Shown piece after piece: positions 29,783-43,100 of a stretch of DNA of 64,000 nt (position 1 is its first letter; the number at the start of each line of letters is the position of its first letter). Position numbers and translations under genes: made by a program. Under the pieces are notes generated by a model, which did no database searches, was not told where the DNA came from, and saw only the letters and a program-made list of their open reading frames with translations. Source of the DNA: the human T2T-CHM13v2.0 reference genome, Homo sapiens; the NCBI RefSeq assembly GCF_009914755.1, contig NC_060926.1, one strand, 5' to 3'.

Positions 29783-30872
29783 CCCAGAACCAGACAGATT
29801 CACAGCTGAATTATACCAGATATATAAGGAAAAGCTGCTAATATTCCTACTGAAACTATTCTAAAAAATTGAGGTTAAGGGACTCCTTCCTCATTCCCTG
29901 AAGCCAGAATCTTCCTGATAGCAAAGCCTGGAAGAGACACACCAAAACAAGAAAATTTCAGGCCAGTAGCTTTGAAGAACGTAGATGTAAATATATTCAA
30001 CAAAATACAAGAAAATTACAGAAGCACTTCAAAAAGCTAGCCCATCACAATCAAGTAGGCTTTATCCCTGAGATGCAAGATTGGTGCAATAAATATTATT
30101 CACCATATAAACAGATCTACAAACAAAAACCACCTGATCATCTCAATAGATGCAGAAAAGGCTTTTGATAAAATTTAACATTCCTCCATGTTAAAACCCT
30201 CCAAAAACCTAGGCATTGAAGAAATATACTTCAAAATAATAAGAGCCATCTATGAAAAACCCATTGCCAACATCATATTGAGTGGGTAAAAGCTGGAAGC
30301 ATTCCTTTTGAAAACCAGAACAAGACAATAATGTCCTCTCTCATCACTCCTATTAAAAATAATATTAGAAGTCTTAGCTAGAGCAATCAGGCAAGAGAAA
30401 GAAATAAAAGACATCCAAATAGGAAGAGAGAAAGTCAAACAATCCCTGTTTGCAGATGGTATTATTCTATACCTAGAAAACCCCATAGTCTCCGCTCAAA
30501 ATCTCATTGGTCTGATAAACACCTACAGCAAAGTTTCAGGATACAAAATCAGTGTACAAAAATCAGTAGCATTCCTATGTGCCAACAACATCCAAGCTGA
30601 GAGCCAAATCAAGAACACAATCCCATTCATAATAGCAACAATAACAAAAACTACCTAGGAATACAGCTAACCAAGGAGGTGTAATCCCTCTACAACAAGA
30701 ATTACAAAACACAGTTCAAATAAATCAGAGATGCCACAAATGGCAAAGCATTCCATGGTCATAGATAGCAAGAATCAATATTGTCAAAATAGCCATATTG
30801 CCCAAAGCAATTTATAGATACAATGCTATTCCTATCAAACTACCAATGACATTCTTCACAGAATTAGAAAAA

Positions 30873-30904
<32 letters not shown>

Positions 30905-32395
30905 ATATATATATATATATTAGATAAATATATATATCTAAGGCAATCCTAAACAAAAAGAACAATGCTGGAGGCATCACATGGCCATACTTCAAACTAT
31001 GCCACAAGTCTACAGTAACCAAAACAAACACGGCATGGCATATGTGTCAGGTATGAAAACAGACACATAGACAAACGGAACTGAATAGAGAGCCCAGAAA
31101 TAAGGCTGTACACCTACAACCATCTAATCTTCCACAAAATCAACATAAACAAGCAGTGAGGAAAGGATTCCCTGCTCAATACATGGTGGCCACATGCAGA
31201 AGATTGAAACTGGACCACTTTTTTATACCATATACAAAAATCTACTCAAGATGGATTAAACACTTAAATCTGAAACCAAAACCTATACAAACCTTGGAAG
31301 ATAACCTAGGAAATACCATTCTGGACCTAGGACTTGGCAAATACTTCACCACAAAGGTGCCAAAAGCCATTGAAACAAAAACAAATATTGACAAATTGGG
31401 TCTAATTAAAGAGCTTCTGTGCAGCTAAAGAAACTATCAACAGAGTAAACAGACAATCTACAGACTGGGAGAAAATATTTTCAAATTATACACCCATCAA
31501 AGGTCTAATATCCAGAATCTATATGGAATTTAAACAAATTTACAAGCAAAAACACACAACCCCATTATAAAGTGGGCAAAGGATATGAACAGACACTTTT
31601 CAAAAATGGACATTCATGTAGCCAACAAGCATGTAAAAAATTCTCAACATCACTGATCATTACAGAAATGAATGTCAGAACCACAATGAGTTTCTCACAC
31701 CAGTCAGAATGGCTATTATTATAAAGTCAAAAAATTATAGGTGCTGTCAAGGTTGTGCAGAACAAGAAATGCTTATTTACTGCTGATGGGAGTGTAAACT
31801 AGTTCAGCAAGTGTCAAAAGCAGTTTGGCAATTTCTGAAATAATTTAAAATAGAATTACCATTTGACCTAGCGATCCAAATATTGGGTATATACTCAAAG
31901 GGACATAAATCATTCTACTATAAAGACACATGCACACATATATTCATCATAGCACTATTTACAAAAGCAAAAACACGGAATCAATCTAAATGCCCATTAA
32001 TGATAGACTAGATAAAAAAAATATCGTGCATATACACCGCGGAATGCTATGCAGCTATGAAAAAGAATGAGATCGTGTCCTTTGCGGCAACATGGATGAA
32101 GCTGGAGTCCATGATCCTAAGCAAACTGATGCAGGAACAGAAAACCAAATACTGCATAGTCTCACTTATAAGTGGGAGCTAAACATTGAGTAAATATGGA
32201 TATAAAGAAGGGAACAACTGACCCTGGGACCTACCTGAGGGTGGAACATGAGAGGAGGGTAACAATCAAAAAACTACCTATTAGGTACTATGTTTATTAC
32301 CTGGGTGAAAAAATTGTACATTAAACCCCCATGCAATTCACCTATATAACAAACCTGCATGTATACCTCTGAAAATAAAATAAAAGTAAAACAAA
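29534..32395 (+). mobile_element. Sense 3' segment of the same L1PA15/16-like element
   Basis: Degenerate ORF2 and 3' UTR (gagctaaacattgagt...aaaactacctattaggtact); second TSD copy at 32396-32407. Confidence 0.92.
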
Positions 32396-32640
32396 AAGAA
32401 ATTGACATAGCCTCATTGACTTGTAGGGAAAATATTAAGTAGTCAAATATGCATAATGAGAATCTCAAAAAAGAGAAAATATATGAGGACCATAAAAAAA
32501 GAAATTTCCAAATTTGATGGGAAATAGCAATCCACATATTTAGAATACTTACAAATCTCAGGCAGGATAAATGCATACATACAAATAGACAAATGAAAGT
32601 AAGGACATCACAGTAAAATTGTGGAAAACAAAACACAGTC

Positions 32641-32940
32641 AGGGGATAGTGGGAGGTGGGGATGTTCAACAGGTACAAAAAATATAAAGAGTGAATAAGA
32701 CCTAGTATTTGATAGCACAACAGGGTAGCTATAGTAAAGAATAATTTAATGGCACATTTAAAAACAACCAAAGGAGTATAATTGAACTGTTTGTAACACA
32801 AAGAATAAATGCCTAAAGGGATGAATACACCATTTTCCATAATGTGATTATTATACATTGCATACCTGCATCAAAATATCTCACGTACCTCATAAATATA
32901 TACACCTACTATGTACCCACAAAAATTAGAAGAATTTAAA
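32641..32940 (+). mobile_element. L1MA (MA2/3-like) 3' end
   Basis: gaataagacctagtatttgatagcacaacaggg...tatatacacctactatgtacccacaaaaatt. Confidence 0.85.
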
Positions 32941-33010
32941 ACTATCTTTAAGTAAGAAAAGTTTGAAAAACACACAGATATCTATATGAATATAGATCAG
33001 AATAACTGCC

Positions 33011-33715
33011 CATGACTTTGCTATTATAAATAGTACTGCAATAAACATACGTGTGCATGTGTCTTTATAGTAGAATGATTTATATTCCTTTGAGTATATA
33101 CCCAGTAATGGGATTGCTGGGTCAAATGGTATTTCTAGTTCTAGATCCTTGAGGAATCTCCATACTGTCTTCCACAATGGTTGAACTAATTTACATTCCC
33201 ACCAACAATGTAAAAGCATTCCTATTTCTCCACAGTCTCGTCAGCAACTACTGTTCTTAACTTTTTAATAATCACTGTTCTGACTGGTGTGAGATGATAT
33301 CTCATTGTGGTTTTGACTTGCATTTCTTTAATGATCAGTGATGCTGAGCTTTTTTTACATATGTTTGTTGGCCACTTAAATGTCTTCTTTTGAGAAGTGT
33401 CTGTTCATATCCTTTGCCTACTTTTTGATGCGGTTGTTTGCTTTTTTCTTGTAAATTTGTTTGAGTTCTTTGTAAATTTTGGATATTAGACTTTGTCAGA
33501 TGTATAGATTGCAAAATTTTTCTCCCATTCTGTAGGTTGCCTTGCCTGTTCACTCTGATGTTAGTTTCTTCTGCTGTGCAGAAGAAGCTCTTTAGTTTAA
33601 TTAGATCCCATTTGTCAATTTTGGCTTTTGTTGCAATTGCTTTGGTGTTTTCATCATGAAGTCTTTGCTCATGCCTATGTCCTGAATGGTATTGCCTAGG
33701 TTTTCTTCTAGCGTT
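33011..33715 (-). mobile_element. Inverted segment of an L1PA8/10-like element
   Basis: Antisense ORF2 C-terminus ([16 protein letters not shown] on the minus strand). Confidence 0.9.
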
Positions 33716-34115
33716 CCAACCCATATGCCTATCAGTGATAGACTGGTTAAAGAAAATGTGGTACATATACACCATGGAATAATCTGCAGCCATTAAAAAA
33801 TGAGATCATGTGCTTTTTAGGGACATGGATGAAGCTGGAAGCCATCATCCTCAGCAAACTAACACAGGAAAACAAACAAACACCACGTGTTCTCACTCAT
33901 AAGTGGGAGGTGAACAATGAGAACACAGGAACACAGGGAGGGGAACAACACACACCAGGGCATGTTGAGGGGTGGGAGGCGAGGGGAGGGCACTTAGATG
34001 ATGAGTCAATAGGTGCAACAAACCACCATGGTACACGTATACCTAGGTAACAAACCTGCACGTTCTGCACATGTATCCAGAACTTAACGTAAAAATAGAA
34101 AAAAAGGAAAAAATT
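33716..34115 (+). mobile_element. Sense 3' end of the same L1PA8/10-like element
   Basis: ccaacccatatgcctatcagtgatagactgg through the 3' UTR (with an internal deletion) and A tail. Confidence 0.9.
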
Positions 34116-34599
34116 GTGAAAATTTATAGAACAGTGACACAAAATAGAAACATATTAATTTAAGATACTATGATTTTACATTAAATGTCCAGTATTCTTT
34201 GCTTTTCCAGTCTTTTTATGATCTCTAGCTCAATTTCTCAAAGGCCTTATGAGTTTACAGATCTAAATTAAGAATTACCCATTTGTCCATTAAATCTTTG
34301 AAAGCTGCATTGTTTAGGTTTCAGCTGAAGTAATGTTACATAAAAATAATCCAAATTCAGTGGTTTTCCACAATACGCATTTATTTCCTTCTCATGGATG
34401 TGCAAGTAGGCTACAGTTCTGTTAGGCTTGGCTGTAATCAGCTGAAGTCATCTTCTGGATGACATTTGGGTTCAAAACTGCTTCACGTGTCTACCTATAA
34501 TTTTTATTACTTAACCTGCTGTACTTGCTGTTTCTCTTGTATAATATTAAGTAGAAGTGGTGATAGCAAGTTATCTTTGCATGATTCACTATCTCAGAG

Positions 34600-35220
34600 G
34601 GATAAAATTCCATTTTTTGCCATTAAGTATAACATCTTTTGTAGGAACTCTTTATCAGTATAAACAAGTTCCTTTCCTCCTTAGTTTGCTAGAGTTTCTA
34701 TTACAGATGGTGAAATAGATAAAGAGCTTTATGACGTATGTTGAAATGGTTTCGTCATTTGTTTTCTGCTGATAATATAGTGAATTGTATTACATATTAT
34801 TATTTTTTGATGTTGGACCAAACTAGCACTCATGGAATAACTCAAATGTTCATATTTTATATAAATTATAAAATTCAATTTACTATCGTTTGAAGTAGAA
34901 TTTGTGTTAATAATGGGAGATTAGTCTGAAATTTTTGCTTCTTTTCAGGTTATTGTCAGATTTTGACATCAGATACATGCTGGCCACATGAAATGAGTTG
35001 GAAAGTATTGTCTTTCTTCAATGTGCGTATAATAAGCTCTTATTAAAAATATGTGTATATACACGTATATATATATTCTGAGGTTTCAGAAGGTGGACAT
35101 TACTTAATTTTAAAAACTTTGGAAGTACCTAAAACGCAGGCATCTGAGCCTTATGATCTATTTGTAAAAACATTTTAAATGCAATTTTGATTTATTTAAT
35201 AAAATGTGCTTAGATTTTCT
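34600..35220 (-). mobile_element. Old L1M ORF2 relic
   Basis: ccattaagtata; atgctggccacatgaaatgagttggaaagt. Confidence 0.6.
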
Positions 35221-35234
35221 TCTAAAAAAAGAAT

Positions 35235-36740
35235 AACTGTCAATTTCTCATCAGAAAAAAATAACAAACCGCAAAGAAATAGAATGGCACTTTAAAGTAC
35301 TGAAAGAAGAAAAATATCAATTTAAAATTTTATAACTATCAAACCTATCTTTCTAAATAAAGCTTTAAAAATGAACAAAAACTTTCCAGAGTCAAATCAT
35401 AACCTTTAAAAAAAAAAAAAAAAAGAACAAGAAATAAGAGGACTCATTGCCAGAAAAATTCTTCCCTACCCAATATTTTAAACATTATTTAAAATAAGAG
35501 GAAATACTATCAAATAGAAACATAGGCCTACATGATGAAAACAAATGTATATTTTAGATATTGAATATCTAAAAATATACAATATATAAGAAGAAATATA
35601 TCTTTTAGACATTGTATATCTAAAAGATCATTTTATTTTCTTACTTATTTTAAAATATATATGGCTGTTTAATGCAAAATAGTGACAACATATTATGGAG
35701 TTTATAAAATACATTGAAGTTAAATATGTGATAATAGCACAAAAGTTGGAAGCAGAATAAATCAACGTACGCTGTTTTAAGTTTCTTAAATTTTGTTGTA
35801 ATTTCTAAAAATGCTATATTAACTTGGTGAAAAATTAAGAATGGACACTATTGATATTTTGAGCTAACAATAAAAATATAAACCAAACACCAGTCAGCTA
35901 AAATGTTATTAAATGAGATAGAATTATAAAAATAAATGCTTCATTTAATAAAAAGATGACAAAAATATGAAACAATTAAAGAACACATAGAACAATAAAA
36001 ATAGATTGTATACTTAAACCAACAGTATCAATAATTATTTGAAATACGAATAAACTAAAACTCTCCCACCGCCAAAAATGCAGCAGATATTGACAAGTCA
36101 AATAAAAAAGCAAGACTCAACTATGCTGTTTCTGAGAGATAAGCTATAAATACAGCACTAAATAGTAAGACATAAAGTAAAGAAAAAGATATACTGTGAA
36201 AACTCTAATCGGATTTTTAAATGACAGTTTTAAATAATTTCAACCATTTGTGTTTTAGAGCAGAAAAAATTACCATAGATAAAGGCATTCATAAAATAAC
36301 CAGCTAATCAAGAGAACATAACTGTCCTAAATGTACATAAATGTAATAACAAAGAATTGAATTATACAATACAAAAACTGAAAGAACTAAAGGAAGAATT
36401 AAATCACAAAAACGTGGGAGATGTAATATATTCTCTTAGTAACTGACAAAACAATTATTTTTATAAAAATCAGTACCTGGTGTCTGTGTGTGTATCAACC
36501 TTTATAGAACATTAGATCATTAGAACTGCCATGACAAAACAGAGATTTTTTCCAATCCAATGTACATAGAAGATTCATCAAGGTAGTTCATATGCCAGCC
36601 TATAAATTAAGCTTGATTACATGTTTTCAAAACGGAAATACATAGCAAATGTTCTTTCAGGAAAAAATGTAATTAAATTTGAAATCAATAAAAAATAAGA
36701 TACCCAAAACATCTCCCAATATGTGTATTAAGCAACACAC
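35235..36740 (+). mobile_element. Old L1M ORF1 end to ORF2 start
   Basis: ttctcatcagaaa...tttaaagtactgaaagaa; gcaagactcaactatgctgttt; attcatcaaggtag. Confidence 0.65.
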
Positions 36741-37009
36741 CTACAAACTGAATCAGGGAAAAGCATTCTACCTTCACTTCACACTATGAACAAAAATTAA
36801 TTTTATATAGTTTATAGATTAAATGTAAGGACCAAACATATAAAGCTTCTAGGGAGAAACAACTAGGGTAGACAGAAACAGCTTTTACAGAACAGAGAAA
36901 AGAAAACTCACATGAGAAGCAATCGATAAATTTGGCTTCTTCTGTCTCAGAGAAGAACAATAATTGACAGAGTGATAAATTTGGCTTCTTCTGAGAGAGA
37001 AGAGGTATA

Positions 37010-37360
37010 TCCTATATACACACACACACACACACACATATATATATGTATGTGTGTATGTATAAAATATATGAGCTATGTATCTCTCATAGATGTATAT
37101 AGATTAATATATATATGAGATATAAATGTCTCATATACATAAGATATATATGAGGTATATAAAGCAGATTAGAGTCAAGAAGGTACAATTACATATATAT
37201 CTCCTATATGAGATATATTTCACATATATGCATATCTCATTTATATCTCATATATGTATATCTCATATATTAAAAATATATATCTCATATATATGTCCTA
37301 TGTCATATATCTCATATCTCATATATATATATGTCCTATGTTAAATATATGTATAAATAT
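37010..37360. repeat. (CA)n/(TA)n and ATATCTCAT-type low-complexity array
   Basis: Directly visible. Confidence 0.85.
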
Positions 37361-37379
37361 ATGACAAAGAACATGTGTT

Positions 37380-38180
37380 GACACTTTTAGGCATCAAAGA
37401 AATGTAAATTAAAACTAAAGCAATATTATTATAAACCCATTCCATATGTGTGAATACTAGAATGCCTAAAATGTAAAGACGGGCATGACCAAATGCCAAC
37501 AGTGATATGGAACAAAGTACATTTCTTGTGAGTGTAAAATGTTGGAATCACTTGGGAAAACAGCTTGGCAGTAATTCATAAATTTAAAGGTATGACTAAC
37601 CTGTGTTTGTGATATAGCAATTTCACTTCTAGATCTATAGTTAGAAAATTAAATAAAATACAGTTCACAAAAAAGACTTTTGACAAAAATCTTCCTAACA
37701 GTTTAATTAACATAGACTCAAAATGGAAATAGTTCATCAATTGGAAAATGTATAAACACATTGTTGAAAATTCTAATAATAGCATATTATTACTTAGCAA
37801 TGAACAGAATAAAGAAAAGAATAAACAGAATAAAGAAAAGAATAAAGAAAAGAATAATGAGATATTCATAAGTGATAAAATATATCATGGAAATTTCATA
37901 GATGTGCTAATCCAAGAAGCAACATATCAAAGAATACATACCATATGATACATTTATATGAACTTCTAGAAAAGACACAACTAATCTTTGGTGATAGAAA
38001 TCAGAGCACTGGTTGCTTCCAAGAAAGTGGGATGTAAACAGTGAAGGGGTAGATTACTTTCTTAAGTTAAATGTTTCATATCTTAATATACTTCTGGATG
38101 ACACATGTGTTTAGATTTGTAAAAACTTATAAAAACTGTATAATTAAACTCTGTGCATTTATTTCACTGTGTGAATATTA
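37380..38180 (+). mobile_element. L1ME 3' relic with an internal AGAATAAAGAAA tandem repeat (about 37805-37857)
   Basis: aaagaatacataccatatgatacatttatatg; ggtgatagaaatcagagc. Confidence 0.65.
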
Positions 38181-38533
38181 CAGAAGGAGGAGGAGCAGGA
38201 GGAAGAGGAGAAGAAGAAATGGTTATCTTTTTTTTGCTTTCCCCTTCGCCCTTCAATTTCCTGGTTGTATTCCTTCAAATCTTTCTCTCCCATGAACTCA
38301 ACTTAATTCTTGTGCTTTTAAAAATGTGACCTAGAACTTGCCTTTTAAAAGAATAAAATGCCCTTTTTTTCTCCCAGACATGATTATACATTTAGAACTG
38401 ATACCTATTTAATATTTACATATTTTTTGCTTAATATGCCATTTTATTTTTTAACAAATACAAGGATTTACACAGACATATTTCTTTAACTTCAATCAGA
38501 ATGTTTACTCGAATTTTAATTTTAACTTTTTAA

Positions 38534-40034
<1,501 letters not shown>

Positions 40035-40557
40035 GTAAATTAAAGTCCTTTCACATTCTCTCCAGATTATATTTTAAACCCATAAAAGAAAATCTGTCTC
40101 ATAATGAAATAGTAATATGTTGATTTTAATAGAAAGTGCTATTGTGGTATTAGAGCCCCATATTAATTACTAGAACTTTCAAGCCACTGTTTTTTTTTTC
40201 TTTGTTTTATAATATCCATCAATCAAGACCACCCTAAAAGTGGAAGGATTTCCTGTGTCAGGTACCCAGCCACTAGATGGGCCATGACTGTGTTAGGGGG
40301 AAAGAGATGCAGATTACTTTTTTCCTTTATACACAGAGACACACAAACACATTTCTAAAAGAGGGCTAATTATAAAGCTACATTTAGACAACAAATGATG
40401 CATTGGAAGTAGATTAAAGCATTACTGAATTTATAGCAAATATATTTACAAATGTAAGTCAAGTATCTTTTAGTTTAGAATCAAGAAGGTATAATTCAAC
40501 AAAGTATTATGTAAAATATTATATGAAAGACATGCACTTACGATAACTTAACCCTCA

Positions 40558-41269
40558 TGTAAGGACAAATATATATTGAACAAGAAAAATATATTTTAAT
40601 ATTCTCAGATTAAAAAAGAGTGAAAGAGACTCTCCCCTCATTTCTTAGAGTGCTTGTTTTAGAAAATCAGTAATTGTATATATTCTTCCTCTACCCATCT
40701 GAGACACCTGTAAATATTTTAAAAAGCTAAGTAAGCATCTTGTGAGCTTTACAAAGTAGGGATGTGTTTTTCCAGGACTCAGGAACTATTTCTTTGAACT
40801 ACAGTCATCAAGAAATGTAGTACCCCTATCTCCCAATTTGCGTGAGAGGACAAGAGCCTAGTTTCAGGTGGTGCCTGATTTCAAGCTGCAAACCCATCTT
40901 CTTTCATAGACATAATAAATTTATTCTTCCTTTAGATACAAGAAATTAGCAAACACAGGTAGTTATCCTAATTAGCAAGTGAATTGAGGATGAACTATGT
41001 GTGAAAAATGATGCTGTCAAGTCCTCTTATTTGAGGACTAGTTATTGTTTATCTTAAGAAATGTACGCAATGGGTTGTATATGCTTGACTATGTGAAACA
41101 GTAAGATTTCCTTCTGTCTTTGGAACCTCTTTAGCAGATTTCCAATGATGTGCATCACATTCTGGTTTAATGCTTATTCAGTAATAAAACTGTTTTCTTT
41201 CTTTGCTACTTTTGCACAGAGGTTTTCTGGGTTGGCAGATATTTTGTTTTTACTTATACTTCCTCAACA
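40558..41269 (+). mobile_element. ERV1-class solo LTR (family uncertain)
   Basis: TG...AACA termini, AATAAA at 41183-41188, 4-bp flanks ctca/ctct, LTR-typical tgtcaagtcctcttatttgaggactagt. Confidence 0.7.
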
Positions 41270-43016
41270 CTCTCCACCCCAGCTTTCTGTACTTCTCACA
41301 AAATGGTGGACTAAAGGTATCCAGCAGAATTGGAGTTTACATATGTAAGGTGTAGAGATAAATTGAAATTTTCTGTAAGCCTCTAAGTTCCAATCCCAGA
41401 TTCCCAGGTAAGAATAAATGCCTTGCAAAATGGTTTTACTTCATGATCACTCTCTTGATTTTATACAGATAAATTAAGTTTCAGGATGCTTAAATAATGA
41501 CTCTATGGATACTTTAGAATTTCATGGAAATAAATGAAATACTAAGCATACTTTATATTTTTTAATGATTTGGCACAAATCCATTGCAGTTTTAAATGTT
41601 TTATATAAAAGCATTTCGGTGTGTCTCTAAATGCTATGATTCCTCATTAAAAATATGATTATTTGCCTATAATCCTAGTGACAGACTTTTCAGTCTGACA
41701 CATACTAAATCATCTAAATCTGAAGGTTTTCTTTCAGAGTTAAATTTTATTCCGTGAATAAACTGTACCATAATAATATTGCTTCACAGAACATTATAGA
41801 AAACTTTATGCTTTGTCTGAGAGTACTCTCAGGAATGAATAAACTTGGTTTATCAGAGGCATATAGATAGTGAATGATAAGTTCACCTCCAAAAGCATCC
41901 ATGACCTCTTTCAGCTAACACCAGAAGATGACATGAATCCTATAATTTTATACTTTAAGAAGGTCTTAGAAATAATATATTTTTGTTTGGCTGAAAATCT
42001 GGGGCTCAACATGGTTAAATTCTGTAAGAAAAAAACAGCCTTAAATTTACAGAAGCAATTTTTCTAGACTTGGTTTACAAAATATTTCTCTGCATCACCT
42101 CCCTGCCAAGATTTTGTTGAAGTTATATAACTAAATGGCAGTATCTCCAAGCTAAGGAATATAATTTGTATCCATAGGTGACAAAAATCACATAGCAAAA
42201 AATATCAGTGAACTTGATTTCAGAAGTCATGTACTTGTTCTGCCTTTATGACTAAGAATTATTGTGGCCCTGTGAAGGTAATTTCATCTAATGCATCTTT
42301 ATTGCTTCATGTGTAAAATAAAACATTGCACCAGAAGTACTTTTCAATTGTATGTTTTTAAAAGCATCCTTGAGATGTTCCAAATTAGTAGAATATCAAA
42401 GATTGGGAGAAAACAGCTTAAAGTGATGGAAATATAAGCATAAACTGTAGTGTGATGACTCTTTGTCCAAGTGCCATTTCTGGCTAATCAAAGGAATGCT
42501 AATTTTCCTTTGACTGTTTTGTTATTGTTGCACCCACTCAGATACTAATCTAAGAATCTAATTATGAGTCTTTTTACAAAATTTTTAATATATTTGACCT
42601 TTGCAATTTTTTTCTACCTTAATTTTTCAAGAGAAAGTCACTGAATTTATAAATTAGCATAAGGACACGTGCAATTGAATGTGCTTTTCCATTTTCAATG
42701 ACCTTTTTTTGGCGAGTGCATTAAAATACGTTGTCTGTGATAGCCCAGGAGCTGCTCAAGAGAGTTAGTGAGTCTAGGGATTTCTGAAAGGTCATAAATT
42801 GTATTGCTATTCATTTGAGAGCTTTTTCTTTCTTACTTTAAATCTGCTCCATAAAAGTCATTATTACTAGGTGCTTAGTCAATAGATTCATTTAAACAGA
42901 TTAGGATCTTCAGATCCAAATTATTTACCATTGTAATTGAAATCATTTTATCATTAAGATTATTTGAGAAAGTTCATTTCAAGTTAAGGAAAATAATCCC
43001 AATAAGGGAAGACATG

Positions 43017-43100
43017 TCCAGGAGAGTACAGTTGAAACAAGTCAACTGTACTAACTGTACTCTAAACAAGTTGACTTGTTTCAACTGTACTCTCACTGGA
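43017..43100. repeat. Perfect 26-bp inverted repeat with 21-nt spacer
   Basis: gagagtacagttgaaacaagtcaact (43022-43047) / agttgacttgtttcaactgtactctc (43069-43094). Confidence 0.97.
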
